Notes: generated by a model from the sequence alone, not told the origin. A stretch of DNA of 64,000 bases from Candidatus Eiseniibacteriota bacterium (GCA_965224245.1 OZ245046.1:5888001-5952000); one strand, 5' to 3'; shown: positions 19,569-30,339, counted from the stretch's first letter. Numbers and translations are program-made.

Positions 19569-19991
19569 TCAGCGCCGGGCGTCCGACGGAAAGCGGGTGC
19601 CGTCGGGGGCGACGCCCCACTTCCAGATCGGCACGTCTTCCTTGAGTCGGCGGACGAAGGCGTCCAGCGCGTCGATGGCCTCGCGCCGATGGCCCGATCG
19701 GATCGTCACCCGCAGCGACGCCTCCCCGAGCGGCACCTCGCCCACCCGGTGCAGGCACGACAGCTCCAGAAGGCCGTGCTCGGCGACGATCTCGCGCGCG
19801 AGCGCATCCAGGGACCGTTCGGCCATCTCGAGATAGTGCTCGTAGAACAGCGCCCGGATCTCGCGTCCGCCCTCGCCGGCCCGCACGCGGCCGTGGAAGA
19901 TCAGCTCGGCCCCCGCGTCGGGACGCGACGACAGCTCGGGCTCCGGCAGGGGCCCGGAAACCAGACGCACGTTCACGACGGCGCTCGGCAC
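19569..19991 (-). CDS. moaE: Molybdopterin synthase catalytic subunit
   Basis: GAELIFHGRVR, YEHY, HRVG, SGHRREA, LKEDVPIWK; GTG start inferred just after the moaD stop. Confidence 0.9.
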   Translation of the reverse strand: MPSAVVNVRLVSGPLPEPELSSRPDAGAELIFHGRVRAGEGGREIRALFYEHYLEMAERSLDALAREIVAEHGLLELSCLHRVGEVPLGEASLRVTIRSGHRREAIDALDAFVRRLKEDVPIWKWGVAPDGTRFPSDARR

Positions 19992-19993
19992 GG

Positions 19994-20248
19994 CTAGCCG
20001 CCCTGAACCGGGGGGATCAGCGCGACCTCGTCGCCCGTCGCGAGCGCGGTCGCGCCGTCGGTGAACGCCTGGTTGACGGCGATTCGCAGGGGCAGACCGT
20101 CCAGCGCGCCGCCGGCCCGCTCCCGCACGGCCGCCTCCGCGTCGCGCGCGAACGCGGGTGCGGGCAGCTCGATCGTCAGCTGATCGCAGTCGAGCGCGTG
20201 ACGCACGTGCGAGAAGCACTTGACGGTGATCGAGATTCGATCGGCCAC
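19994..20248 (-). CDS. moaD: Molybdopterin synthase sulfur carrier
   Basis: 84 aa, IAVNQ, GDEVALIPPVQGG with C-terminal GG. Confidence 0.93.
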   Translation of the reverse strand: MADRISITVKCFSHVRHALDCDQLTIELPAPAFARDAEAAVRERAGGALDGLPLRIAVNQAFTDGATALATGDEVALIPPVQGG

Positions 20249-20249
20249 C

Positions 20250-21317
20250 TCATCCTCCGATCTGCGTCATGCTGATGCGTGACGTGTCGATCGTCGAGGT
20301 CGTGGGCTCCCCGGCGCCGTCCTTCTGGGCCGCCCAGCCGTCGACGGCTTTCTCCCAGATCGCGGTGCGGAAGACGGCGGCCACGGCGCGGTCATCGGCT
20401 CCGGCCCGCATCAGATCACGCACGTCGTACTCGGTGGTGGAGTAGAGACAGTTGCGGATCTTGCCGTCGGCGGTCAGCCGGATGCGGTTGCAGTCGCCGC
20501 AGAGGGTGCGGGTGTAGGCGTCGATCACGGCGATCGTCCCCGCGTGTCCGGGGATCCGGAACACGTGCGTCTCGGTGCGGCTGCCCCCGACGGGCTCGAG
20601 CCCGGGGAAGGCCTCTCGCAATGCCTCGACGATCCAGCGCGCACTGAAGAAGCGGCCGGTCTTCCAGATCTGGTGGGCGTCGAAGGGCATCAGCTCGATG
20701 AACCGCACGGTGACCGGCAGATCCCGCGTGAGCGCGCCGAACGCCCCGATCTCGTCGTGGTTGAAGTCGCGCAGGGCGACCGCGTTCACCTTCACCGACC
20801 GGAACCCGAGACGCACCGCCTCGTGAACCGCCTCCAGGACGGACTCCAGTCCCGGACGCCGCGTGATGCGCTGGAACTTCTCGGCGTCGAGCGTGTCGAG
20901 GCTCACGTTGAGCCCCGTGAGCCCCGCGTCGCGGAGCGCCTCCGCGTGTCGGGCGAAGAGAAGCCCGTTCGTCGTGATGTGGACCGCGTCGATGCCCGGC
21001 GTGCCGGATGCCGCGCGTACCAGCTCGACGACGTCCTTGCGCAGGAGCGGCTCGCCGCCGGTGTAGCGAATCTTCGAGACGCCGAGCTCCGCCACGATGC
21101 CGAGCACCCGGCGAAGCTCGTCCGCGGACAGGAGCGCCTCGTTCGGCGGGAACGCGACGCCCTCCTCGGGCATGCAGTAGACGCAGCGCAGGTTGCAACG
21201 CTCGGTGACGGCGATGCGCAGGTAGTCGAACGTGCGGCCGTGCGTGTCCACGAGGGGACCGGTGGTGGGCATGGGCGTCGTGTTGGTCGTCATCCGGTGA
21301 ACGGTAGCGATCCTCAC
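20250..21317 (-). CDS. moaA: GTP 3',8-cyclase (radical SAM)
   Basis: YLRIAVTERCNLRCVYCM, TGGEPLLR, CGDCNRIRLTADGKIRNCL, MTQIGG end. Confidence 0.96.
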   Translation of the reverse strand: MRIATVHRMTTNTTPMPTTGPLVDTHGRTFDYLRIAVTERCNLRCVYCMPEEGVAFPPNEALLSADELRRVLGIVAELGVSKIRYTGGEPLLRKDVVELVRAASGTPGIDAVHITTNGLLFARHAEALRDAGLTGLNVSLDTLDAEKFQRITRRPGLESVLEAVHEAVRLGFRSVKVNAVALRDFNHDEIGAFGALTRDLPVTVRFIELMPFDAHQIWKTGRFFSARWIVEALREAFPGLEPVGGSRTETHVFRIPGHAGTIAVIDAYTRTLCGDCNRIRLTADGKIRNCLYSTTEYDVRDLMRAGADDRAVAAVFRTAIWEKAVDGWAAQKDGAGEPTTSTIDTSRISMTQIGG

Positions 21318-22423
21318 CGCGCGGCGTCAATCCCGCCCACGACGGCGCTCGCGCCGTGTGCACGGCGAATGGCGTCGATCACGGCCAGGTTGGCCTTCGG
21401 GAACGGCAACGCCGAGAGGTCCGGGAGGCGGACCCATCGGAGCGCATCGGTGGACCGCGCCACCGGGCGACCCCGATCCGATCGACACGGGAAGGCGGTC
21501 AGCGTGATCCGGAAGTGCGAGTAGGTGTGCTCGACGACCGCGTACGGGGTCTCGTCCAGGACGACCTCGAGCCCGGTCTCCTCCAGGATCTCCCGCCGGG
21601 CCGTCTCCGCCAGGGACTCGCCCGGCCGGCGCTTGCCGCCGGGAAACTCCCAGAGCCCCCCGAGCATCTGATCGGCGCGCCGCCGGCCGACCAGGATCCG
21701 CCCCCGTCGCCAGATCACGCCAACCGCGATCTCGTGATGCGGGATCGGCTTCGCCCGCGACTTGACCGGAAGCTCGCCCGTCCGGTTCTCCCGCCGGGCC
21801 ACGCAGGGGGCCGCGATCGGGCAGCGCGGGCAATCGGGTGACGTCGGGCGACACACGAGCGCGCCGAGCTCCATGATCGACTGGTTGAACGCCGAGGGCG
21901 GCGCGCCGGCCACGTAGGGGCCGAGCCGGTCGAAGAGTGCGTCGCGCACGCGCGGCCGGCGAATGTCGTCCTCGATGCCCCAGAAGCGGGTGAACACCCG
22001 GAGGACGTTGCCGTCGACCACCGGCACCGCCTCGCCGAACGCGATGCTGGCGATCGCCGCGGCGGTGTAAGGCCCCAGACCGGGCAGCTTCCGGAGCTCC
22101 TCGAACGACCCGGGGATCCTCCCGTCCATCTCGCTGGCCACGATGCCCGCCGCGCGATGGAGGTTCCGGGCGCGCGCGTAGTAGCCGAGCCCCTGCCAGG
22201 CGCGGAGGACGTCCTGAAGATCGGCGCGGGCGAGCGAGCGGATGTCCGGGAAGCGGGCCACGAAGCGCTCGAAGTACGGAATGACGGTGTCCACCTGCGT
22301 CTGCTGGAGCATGATCTCCGAGATCCAGACCCGGTACGGCGTGGGATCGGCGCGCCAGGGCATCGGACGCCGGTTCGCGTCGTACCACTCGAGAAGGCGT
22401 TCGGGCCAGGCGGCTCGGGGCAT
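21314..22423 (-). CDS. mutY: A/G-specific adenine glycosylase with C-terminal MutT-like Nudix domain
   Basis: WISEIMLQQTQV, WQGLGYYARARN, LPGLGPYTA, VDGNVLRV, CxxxxxxCxxCxxxxxC, intact Nudix box. Confidence 0.95.
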   Translation of the reverse strand: MPRAAWPERLLEWYDANRRPMPWRADPTPYRVWISEIMLQQTQVDTVIPYFERFVARFPDIRSLARADLQDVLRAWQGLGYYARARNLHRAAGIVASEMDGRIPGSFEELRKLPGLGPYTAAAIASIAFGEAVPVVDGNVLRVFTRFWGIEDDIRRPRVRDALFDRLGPYVAGAPPSAFNQSIMELGALVCRPTSPDCPRCPIAAPCVARRENRTGELPVKSRAKPIPHHEIAVGVIWRRGRILVGRRRADQMLGGLWEFPGGKRRPGESLAETARREILEETGLEVVLDETPYAVVEHTYSHFRITLTAFPCRSDRGRPVARSTDALRWVRLPDLSALPFPKANLAVIDAIRRAHGASAVVGGIDAAR

Positions 22424-22586
22424 TGGGGTCTCGTGCGAGCGACGCCGGCGAGGGCGCGAAACGATGCCGTGCGTGCGATGACCCCGGCGGTTGGAAGGCC
22501 GTCGCCATGAGGATACAATCCCGCACGCGGAAACCGAGGCGGCGAGCATAGCGTACCCGACGCTCGCGCGAGGACTGGAGATCACG

Positions 22587-23582
22587 ATGCCGGTGAGCTT
22601 TCGCACCTTCATGAGCGGTCTGATCGACTACGCGGGGCTGTTCCCCCCGGCCAGGCTGCCGCTGGACGATGCCATCCGCGCCTACGCCGCGTATCGCCGG
22701 ATCCCGGACGCGTGGATGCTGTCCCGGTTCATCTGTCCGTCCACGCGGCTCGAGGAGCTCGGCGCATACGACGATCTCTTCGCCGCCGGCGAGCCGTTCC
22801 GCTTCTCGGTCCTCGGGCGGGGCGGGTCGTCCCGGGGCGAGTTCCTCGAGGGCCTCGCGGCCGACCTCGCGGCCATCGCCGCGTTCGAGCGCCGCCACGC
22901 CGGACGGGTCGTCGCCGACGTGTTCGAGGTCCGGCTGCCCGCCGACGTGGTCGCCTCCGGGTGCGAGGATACCGCGGCCGGTCTCGTCGCCGCGGCGCTG
23001 GACGCGATCGACCCCGCGTCGTCCGGTCGCATCACGCCGTGGTTCGAGGGCGGTTTTCCCGACGGGTGGGAACACGCGTTGCCCAGCGTGTGGGCGGGCA
23101 TGCGTCACGCGAACACCGCGCGTCAGGGTGACGCGGCGCGCCGCCCCGGCGGCGTGTCTCTCGCCGGGTACAAGCTCCGCTGTGGTGGAGTGGAGGCGTC
23201 GGCGTTTCCGCCGGTCCGGGCGGTGGCGTCCGTGATCGCCGGCTGCCGGGACGCGGGGCTCGGGCTCAAGTTCACCGCCGGCCTTCATCATCCGGTCCGG
23301 CGTTTCGCCGAGTCCGTGGACACGAAGATGCACGGCTTCCTGAACGTGTTCGGCGCCGCGATCCTTGCCCACGCCGACGGTCTGGACGTGCCGGCCCTGA
23401 TGGAGATCCTCGCGGACGAGGACCCCGTGAGCTTCGCGTTCGACGATGCCGGGCTCTCGTGGCGCGCTCACCGCGTCTCCACCGAGTTCATCGCCGACGC
23501 ACGCCGCCGCTGGGCGACGTCGTACGGAAGTTGTAGCTTCGACGAGCCGCGAGAGGATCTCGCCGCGCTCGGCCTTCTCTAG
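22587..23582 (+). CDS. Conserved hypothetical protein upstream of fahA
   Basis: GGAG RBS; motif-like blocks [45 protein letters not shown]; 14 nt before fahA. Confidence 0.75.
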   Translation: MPVSFRTFMSGLIDYAGLFPPARLPLDDAIRAYAAYRRIPDAWMLSRFICPSTRLEELGAYDDLFAAGEPFRFSVLGRGGSSRGEFLEGLAADLAAIAAFERRHAGRVVADVFEVRLPADVVASGCEDTAAGLVAAALDAIDPASSGRITPWFEGGFPDGWEHALPSVWAGMRHANTARQGDAARRPGGVSLAGYKLRCGGVEASAFPPVRAVASVIAGCRDAGLGLKFTAGLHHPVRRFAESVDTKMHGFLNVFGAAILAHADGLDVPALMEILADEDPVSFAFDDAGLSWRAHRVSTEFIADARRRWATSYGSCSFDEPREDLAALGLL

Positions 23583-23596
23583 GAGTCGACGACACC

Positions 23597-24871
23597 ATGG
23601 ACCCGACCTGCGATCCCGCGCTCCGCTCGTTCGTGCCCGTATCGGCCGACAGCCACTTTCCCATCCAGAACCTGCCCTACGGCATCTTTCGCCCCGCCAA
23701 GGGCGGCCCCCCCCGCGCCGGCGTCGCGATCGGCGATCACGTCGTGGACCTGTCCGTGCTGGAGGAGGCCGGGCTGATCGTGCTGACCGGCTACGGCGGT
23801 CGCGTGTTCGATCGCCCGAGCCTGAACACGTTCATGTCGCGAGGTCGCCCGGCCTGGCGGGAGGTTCGCGAGAGCGTGAGCCGGCTCCTGCGCGAGGACG
23901 TGGCCACGCTGCGCGACGACGCGGCTCTCCGCGAGCGCGCCGTGATCCCGATGTCGGACGTGACCATGGAGCTGCCGGTCGCGATCGGGGACTACACCGA
24001 CTTCTACTCGTCGCGCGAGCACGCGACCAACGTGGGCACGATGTTCCGGGGTGCCGACAACGCGCTGATGCCGAACTGGCTCCACCTGCCGGTCGCGTAC
24101 CACGGGCGCGCGAGCTCGATCGTGGTCAGCGGCGTCGGCGTGTGCCGTCCGTCGGGTCAGACGAAGGCCGACGACGCCGACGCGCCGGGCTTCGGGCCGA
24201 GCCGGCTCCTGGACTTCGAGCTCGAGATGGGCTTCTTCATCGGTCCCGGATCCGAGCTGGGGCGCCCGATTCCGGTGAGCGAGGCCGAGAGCCACATCTT
24301 CGGTCTCTCGCTCGTGAACGACTGGAGCGCCCGCGACATTCAGAAGTGGGAGTACGTGCCCCTGGGCCCGTTCCTGGCCAAGAACTTCGCGACGTCGATC
24401 TCTCCCTGGATCGTAACCATGGACGCGCTGGAGCCGTTCCGGTGCCCCGGTCCGGTTCAGGATCCGGTTCCGTTGCCGTATCTCCGGCACGACGTCCCGT
24501 CGACGTTCGACATCGAGCTCGAGGTGGCGATCGAGCCCGAGGGCGGAGAGCCCCACCGCGTCTGCAGGTCGAACTTCAAGCACCTGTACTGGAGCATGGC
24601 CCAGCAGCTGGCGCATCACACCATCACCGGGTGCAACACGCGCACCGGCGATCTCCTGGCGTCCGGTACGATCTCCGGCCCCACGCCCGACAGCTACGGC
24701 AGCATGCTGGAGATCGCCTGGCGCGGCACGAAGCCGGTGAGCATGCCCGACGGGACGGAGCGGAAGTTCATCCTCGACGGCGACTCGGTCGTCATGACCG
24801 GATCCTGCCGGGGCGACGGCTATCGCGTCGGCTTCGGCGAGGTTCGTTCCAAGGTACTGCCGGCGCGCTGA
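23597..24871 (+). CDS. fahA: Fumarylacetoacetase
   Basis: [71 protein letters not shown]. Confidence 0.96.
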   Translation: MDPTCDPALRSFVPVSADSHFPIQNLPYGIFRPAKGGPPRAGVAIGDHVVDLSVLEEAGLIVLTGYGGRVFDRPSLNTFMSRGRPAWREVRESVSRLLREDVATLRDDAALRERAVIPMSDVTMELPVAIGDYTDFYSSREHATNVGTMFRGADNALMPNWLHLPVAYHGRASSIVVSGVGVCRPSGQTKADDADAPGFGPSRLLDFELEMGFFIGPGSELGRPIPVSEAESHIFGLSLVNDWSARDIQKWEYVPLGPFLAKNFATSISPWIVTMDALEPFRCPGPVQDPVPLPYLRHDVPSTFDIELEVAIEPEGGEPHRVCRSNFKHLYWSMAQQLAHHTITGCNTRTGDLLASGTISGPTPDSYGSMLEIAWRGTKPVSMPDGTERKFILDGDSVVMTGSCRGDGYRVGFGEVRSKVLPAR

Positions 24872-24943
24872 GGTGTACCGGCGGATCGCCGACCCGGCCG
24901 CTGTCCGGTGCGAGCGTCGCCACGCGAGACCACGAGGCAATCG

Positions 24944-25774
24944 ATGTCCGAACGACCCGTTGGATGGTGGGGGGACTTCACGCTACCCGCCGACCGAGCG
25001 CTCTTCTGGCGGATCGGTCCCTTGCACGTGTGGATCGTGCGCGCGGGCAACGAGTGGCGCGTGACGACCGAGACGAACGGCGACGTCCTGGCCACCGATC
25101 TCGTGGTCGCCGACGCCGCGAGCCGCGAGCCCGGCGACGCGGCCTCGTGCACGCGGCTCGGCTTCGGGCGCTCACGTGACCGCATTCATCTCCGGCCGCG
25201 CACGGCCGACCGGCCGGTCGTGGTGCGAGCCGACATGCCGCTCGTGGTACCGCCCCGGGAGGACCTCTCGCTCTACATCAGCACGCCTGTGTGGCTCGAG
25301 CTGAGCGAGAGCGAGTCGTCGCCGGTGCTCCACGCGCTGCCCACGTATCGATTGAGCGACACGTGGTTCGGCTCGTCCACGCGCGTGGGACAGCTCTGCT
25401 ACTCGTCGAAGGTGCGTCTGGAGCTGGAGCCCACCGGCGAGCTCCACCGGCCTCATCGTGCGGTGTCGATGGTCCGCATTCGCAATCGTCTGCCGAGCGC
25501 GCTCTCGCTGGAACGGCTGAAGCTGCCGGTACCGCTCCTGTCGGTCTACGCCGACGGCGACGGGCGACTGTGGACCGAGTCGCTGACCCTGGATCGCGAC
25601 GAGGACAGCCCGCATGCCGCGGTGCGTGTGGCCAGCGGGGCGCCCGGCGTCGCGTCGGACGCGGTGGCCATCGCGGCGCCGCGCGAGCGCTTCGAACGGA
25701 ACATCCTGTCCCGCACGTTCGGCGAGATCTTCGGCCTGAAGGGGGGGCGGCTCGATGCCCGACTGGATGACTGA
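24944..25774 (+). CDS. DUF432-like protein
   Basis: PRTADRPVV, YISTPVW, LSDTWFG, GQLCY, LWT; overlaps mscS, a known pairing. Confidence 0.7.
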   Translation: MSERPVGWWGDFTLPADRALFWRIGPLHVWIVRAGNEWRVTTETNGDVLATDLVVADAASREPGDAASCTRLGFGRSRDRIHLRPRTADRPVVVRADMPLVVPPREDLSLYISTPVWLELSESESSPVLHALPTYRLSDTWFGSSTRVGQLCYSSKVRLELEPTGELHRPHRAVSMVRIRNRLPSALSLERLKLPVPLLSVYADGDGRLWTESLTLDRDEDSPHAAVRVASGAPGVASDAVAIAAPRERFERNILSRTFGEIFGLKGGRLDARLDD

Positions 25775-26627
25775 CCTCGACGTCGAGCGGCTCGTGACCG
25801 CCGAGCGGATGATGTCCGTGTTGCGAGCGGTGATCATCCTGGCGGTGGGGCTGACCCTGGCCCGGCTGGTCAGTCGCGGGGTCGGACGAACCGTCCACGT
25901 CCGGTCCACGCCCCAGCAGTCGATGCTCGCGCGGCGGTTCACGTACTACACGCTGTTCGGGCTCGTCGTGGCGGCCACGCTCCAGCAGCTGGGGTTCCAC
26001 CTGGGGGTCGTGCTCGGAGCCGCCGGCGTCCTGTCGGTGGCCCTGGGGTTCGCGTCGCAGACGTCGGCGTCGAACCTGATCAGCGGCCTGTTCCTGATCG
26101 CGGAGCGTCCGTTCGTGGTGGGCGACGTCATCGTCGTGGACGGCACCACCGGCGAGGTGCTGTCGGTGGATCTCCTGTCGGTGAAGATCCGCACGTTCGA
26201 CAATCTGCTCGTGCGGATCCCGAACGAGACCATCATCAAGTCCCAGCTCCGCAACCTGACCCACTTCCCGATCCGGCGCGTCGACGTCGACCTGGGCGTG
26301 GCGTACAAGGAGGATCTCTCTCGCGTGCGGGAGATCCTGCTCTCGGTGGCCGAGGAGAATCCACACGTCCTCGACGATCCCGCACCGATCCTGATGGTGC
26401 GCAACTTCGGCGATTCGGCGATCGAGCTCCGGCTCGCGGTGTGGGGCGCGCGGGAGTCCTACCTGACGGTGTCCACCGGCATGCGCGAGCGCATCAAGGC
26501 CGCGTTCGACGCCGAGGGGATCGAGATCCCGTTCCCGCACCGGACGCTGTACGCGGGGTCGGCAACGGGGCCGATGCCGGTTCGCGTCGACGGGTCGAGC
26601 GCGGGCGACGCCGCCGGGGCGCCGTGA
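25755..26627 (+). CDS. mscS: Small-conductance mechanosensitive channel
   Basis: Three TMs, ALGFASQ, SNLISG, PFVVGD, VRIPN, GIEIPFP. Confidence 0.92.
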   Translation: MPDWMTDLDVERLVTAERMMSVLRAVIILAVGLTLARLVSRGVGRTVHVRSTPQQSMLARRFTYYTLFGLVVAATLQQLGFHLGVVLGAAGVLSVALGFASQTSASNLISGLFLIAERPFVVGDVIVVDGTTGEVLSVDLLSVKIRTFDNLLVRIPNETIIKSQLRNLTHFPIRRVDVDLGVAYKEDLSRVREILLSVAEENPHVLDDPAPILMVRNFGDSAIELRLAVWGARESYLTVSTGMRERIKAAFDAEGIEIPFPHRTLYAGSATGPMPVRVDGSSAGDAAGAP

Positions 26628-26645
26628 TCCCGCCGGCCGTCGCGG

Positions 26646-27731
26646 TCACAGCCACTTGCGCCGGCGAAAGTACACCAGGAGCCCGAGCGCGATCACGAGC
26701 ATCAGCCCCAGCGCGTAGGGATACCCGAACGTCCAGCTCAGCTCCGGCAGGTTCCACCGCGACGTCTCGGTGTTGAAGTTCATGCCGTAGAGCCCCGCCA
26801 CGAACGAGAGCGGGATGAAGATCGTGGCGATGATCGTCAGCACCTTCATGACCTCGTTCATGCGGTTGCTGATCGTGGACAGGTAGAAGTCCATCAATCC
26901 CCCGGCGGTGTCGCGCGAGGTCTCGGTGAGCTCCAGCAGCTGGATGGCGTGGTCGTAGCAGTCGCGGAGGAAGTCCCGGGTCTGGGCCTCGATGAACGTC
27001 GCGTCCTCGCGCGTGAGCAGCATCGTGATCTCCCGGATCGGCCAGACGTATCGACGCAGGACGCCGAGCTCGCGCTTGGTCTGATGGAGACGCGCGATCG
27101 TGTTCGTGCTGGTCTCGGCGATGATCTCGTCCTCGAGATCCTGCAGCAGATCGCCGTAGTGCTCGAGAACCGGGAAGTACGAGTCGATGATCGCATCCAG
27201 GATCGCGTAGGCGAGGTAGTCGGCCCCTCGGTTGCGCAGGCGCCCGTTCGGGTCCTCGAGCCGGCGTCGTACGGGCTCCAGACAGTCGCCAGGGAGCTCC
27301 TGGAACGTGATCACGAAGTCCTCGCCCAGAAGCAGGCTGAACTGCTCGGTGGACAGCGGAGACGCCCCTCTCGGCATGCGCAGCACGACGAACACGTAGT
27401 CTTCCATCGTGTCCGCCTTGGCGCGCTGGGTCGTGTTCAGGACGTCCTCGAGCGAGAGCCGGTGGATGCCGTAGGTGTCGCCGATGGCCTCGATGACGGC
27501 CGCGTCGCCGAGCCCGGTGACGTCGATCCAGGTCACGGTGGCATCGGCGAGCCGCGACTTCAGCGACGACGTCTCCACGCCGGTCTCGGTGTGAAGGTCG
27601 CGAGGATCGTACGAGATGCGGGTCACGACCGGCGGGGGCGCGTTCGGGTCGACCTGTAGCGTGCCGGGGCGGCTGCCGGGTGCCAGGCGCTGCCTGGCCA
27701 GGTTCCGGCGGCGATGCGGGCCGTGGCTCAT
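26646..27731 (-). CDS. corA: Magnesium/cobalt transporter
   Basis: PGTL, IHRLSLED, ITFQE, RMNEVMKVLT, signature YGMNF, PELSWTFGY. Confidence 0.95.
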   Translation of the reverse strand: MSHGPHRRRNLARQRLAPGSRPGTLQVDPNAPPPVVTRISYDPRDLHTETGVETSSLKSRLADATVTWIDVTGLGDAAVIEAIGDTYGIHRLSLEDVLNTTQRAKADTMEDYVFVVLRMPRGASPLSTEQFSLLLGEDFVITFQELPGDCLEPVRRRLEDPNGRLRNRGADYLAYAILDAIIDSYFPVLEHYGDLLQDLEDEIIAETSTNTIARLHQTKRELGVLRRYVWPIREITMLLTREDATFIEAQTRDFLRDCYDHAIQLLELTETSRDTAGGLMDFYLSTISNRMNEVMKVLTIIATIFIPLSFVAGLYGMNFNTETSRWNLPELSWTFGYPYALGLMLVIALGLLVYFRRRKWL

Positions 27732-27903
27732 GGCGGGACTCCTCCGGATCGGACTCGAGCGTGTCGTGTGTCCTGTTCGCGCGCGGCGCATGATGCCGAC
27801 CCGGGCCGAGCCCGGCAAGAGCGAGAGCGCGATCACCACGATCGTGCCCGGGTACGTGAGCTCGCCCCGAGCGCGGGCATCATCGGGCGAGATGAATCGA
27901 CCG

Positions 27904-28803
27904 TCAGCGCGTCATCGGCGCCGTGCCGTCGTCCCCGAACTCCCAGGTCATCGGCCCGAAGGGCGTGCCGACGGTGAGGCCCAGGTCGAGCGCGTACGGC
28001 GCCTGATGTCCCCGGAGCACGTCGAACACCGACGCCCCGAGAGACACCGGTGAGATGTCCAGCGGAAGCTCGAGCGAGGCGGTGCTGCCCGGCGCGAACG
28101 CGGCCGTTCGTGACGTGGATCCGTCCGCGACCCGGTTGTGCCCGAGCGACAGGCCATACCGGAGCGCCGACAGGTCGAACGGGAACGCGTTCGTGTTCGT
28201 GACGTCGAGCGACACGACGCCACGGGCCCGGGTCAGCGAGAGCTCGTCCCAGCGAATGCCCGAGATCCCCACGTCGGGTGCATCGGGGACCGGGACCTCG
28301 CCCCGTCTGGAGAGCGGCAGCCGGAGCGCCTGCCCGCCGGGAATCGAGAGGCTGAGCGTGAGCGACGCGTCGTAGGGAACGACCTGTCCCGGCCGAACCG
28401 ACGCCAGCGTTCGCACGAGCTCGACGTAGTCGAGCGACACCGGGAGCGTCACCGTCTCGGTGGCCCCCGCGCCGATGGACCGATCGAAGGCCGTGACCCC
28501 CTCGACGAACGGGCTCCCACTGGAGGCCAGTGAGAACGCCACGTCGACCAGCGGCACCGGGACGCTCATCGGGTTCGTGATCGCCACGTCGAAGGCCAGG
28601 TCGGCCGACGAGAGCGTGACGTTCGTGAGCCGGACGCCGGTCACGTCGGCCGAGGGCCGCGCCAGGGCCTGAGACGCGATCTCGCGCACGGCGGCGCATC
28701 CGACGAGCACGCCGACCCCGATGGCCGAGACGATTCCGAGGGTCCCGACGGCCGCCGGCGTTGGGCGACCCCGCCGGATCCATCCCGCGAGGGTTCGAAT
28801 CAT
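27904..28803 (-). CDS. Lipoprotein with two LEA_2/WHy domains
   Basis: Lipobox-like VLVGC; two repeats containing ITNPMSVPV and VTNTNAFPF. Confidence 0.78.
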   Translation of the reverse strand: MIRTLAGWIRRGRPTPAAVGTLGIVSAIGVGVLVGCAAVREIASQALARPSADVTGVRLTNVTLSSADLAFDVAITNPMSVPVPLVDVAFSLASSGSPFVEGVTAFDRSIGAGATETVTLPVSLDYVELVRTLASVRPGQVVPYDASLTLSLSIPGGQALRLPLSRRGEVPVPDAPDVGISGIRWDELSLTRARGVVSLDVTNTNAFPFDLSALRYGLSLGHNRVADGSTSRTAAFAPGSTASLELPLDISPVSLGASVFDVLRGHQAPYALDLGLTVGTPFGPMTWEFGDDGTAPMTR

Positions 28804-28980
28804 CGCAAACTCCCCGAGCGTGAGTGGCGGTCGAGCGGTGGGCGAGTCGCTTCCGGACGCCCGCTCTCCCGGACGTCCCGGATCGTACACATCGCGCGGA
28901 CCGAGCGCACTTCGCATCCGGCGGGGTCGACCCGACGCCCGCGAGTCGGTGAGGGATCGGTGGGGGGCTCCCGTCGCGAC

Positions 28981-30339
28981 TCACCTCGTCAACGTGGGCA
29001 GCATCAGCGTCGCGAAGCTCAGCACCAGGAGAAAGCCGCACATGTCGGTGACCGTGGTCAGGATCGGACCCGACGCGAGCGCGGGGTCCATCCGCAGACG
29101 CTTCAGGAGAAGAGGGACCGTGCCGCCGATGGACACGGCCACGATCGTGTTCAGCATCAGCGCGCCGCCCACGACGAGACCCAGCGCCGGCATGCCCTTC
29201 CAGAGCCAGGCCACCGCGCCGATCAGAACGCCCAGCACCAGCCCGTTCAGCATGCCGACGCTGACCTCTTTCGTCCACACGCGCGCGACGTCGCGCGGTG
29301 TCGCGAGCCCCAGCGAGAGCTCACGCATGCTGACGGCGACGGCCTGGTTGCCCGAGCAGCCGCTCATGTCCGAGATGATGGGAAGGAACACCGCCAGCGA
29401 GATCACCGACGCGATCGTGTCCTGATAGAACGCGATCACGCTCGCCGCCAGCACGTTCAGCCCGATGTTCACCGAGAGCCACGAGAGGCGGCGCGTGGAG
29501 CGTCGCCACACGGGCATCGAGCGGAGCTCCTCGCCGCCCACGATGCCCTGCGTCTTCCGGAACTCGTCCTCGATGCGCTCGCCGACCGCCTCCTCCACGT
29601 CGTGGCGCCGGACCACGCCGACCAGGCGCCCCGCGACGTCGACCACCGGCACACCGAGGAAGGTGTGATGGGCGAAGAAGTCGTCCAGGTCGTCGAGCGG
29701 CGCGCGGACGTCGACCGAGTGGGGATCGCGGACCATGATGTCGCGCGCGATCCGCTTCGGGGACGAGAGCAGGAGATCCCGGAGCCGGAGAACGCCCACG
29801 AGCCGTCCCTCGCCCGACGTCACGTAGATGTACTGCACGTCGAACGTGACGACCGATCGGTCCCGGAGCACGTCGATGATCTCCGCGAGCGTGGCGGATT
29901 CGTCGACGGCGGCGTACTCGGTGACCATGAGACCGCCGGCCACGTTCGGCTCGTAGCTTGCGAGCTCGCGGATCGCGACCGCGGAGTCCGCGGGCATCGC
30001 GCCGAGGATGGCCTCTCGGTCCTCGTGAACCAGCTCGTTCAGGAGGTCGGCCCGCTCGTCACTGGGGAGCTCGGTGACGATGGCCGCGGCGTGCGCGGGC
30101 TCCAGCTCGGCGATCAGCGAGGCCGCCTGCACGTCGGAGATCTCGTCGATCAGGAGCGCGGCCCGCTCGGGATCGAGCGTCGTCAGCACGCGGGACTGGG
30201 TGTCCGCGTCCAGTCGGTCCAGCGCGCGGGCCGCCTCACCGGGGTCCAGCTCCTCGATCAGCGAGCCGAGCGCCTCGGCGTTCCCGTCGTCTACCAGCCG
30301 CTCCAGCGCGTCGGTACTCACGTCGAATGGATCGGGCAT
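28981..30339 (-). CDS. mgtE: Magnesium transporter
   Basis: Acidic N-domain, CBS pair (AGGLM, YIYV), RLSWL, GCSGNQ, DPALASGPILTTVTD. Confidence 0.95.
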   Translation of the reverse strand: MPDPFDVSTDALERLVDDGNAEALGSLIEELDPGEAARALDRLDADTQSRVLTTLDPERAALLIDEISDVQAASLIAELEPAHAAAIVTELPSDERADLLNELVHEDREAILGAMPADSAVAIRELASYEPNVAGGLMVTEYAAVDESATLAEIIDVLRDRSVVTFDVQYIYVTSGEGRLVGVLRLRDLLLSSPKRIARDIMVRDPHSVDVRAPLDDLDDFFAHHTFLGVPVVDVAGRLVGVVRRHDVEEAVGERIEDEFRKTQGIVGGEELRSMPVWRRSTRRLSWLSVNIGLNVLAASVIAFYQDTIASVISLAVFLPIISDMSGCSGNQAVAVSMRELSLGLATPRDVARVWTKEVSVGMLNGLVLGVLIGAVAWLWKGMPALGLVVGGALMLNTIVAVSIGGTVPLLLKRLRMDPALASGPILTTVTDMCGFLLVLSFATLMLPTLTR

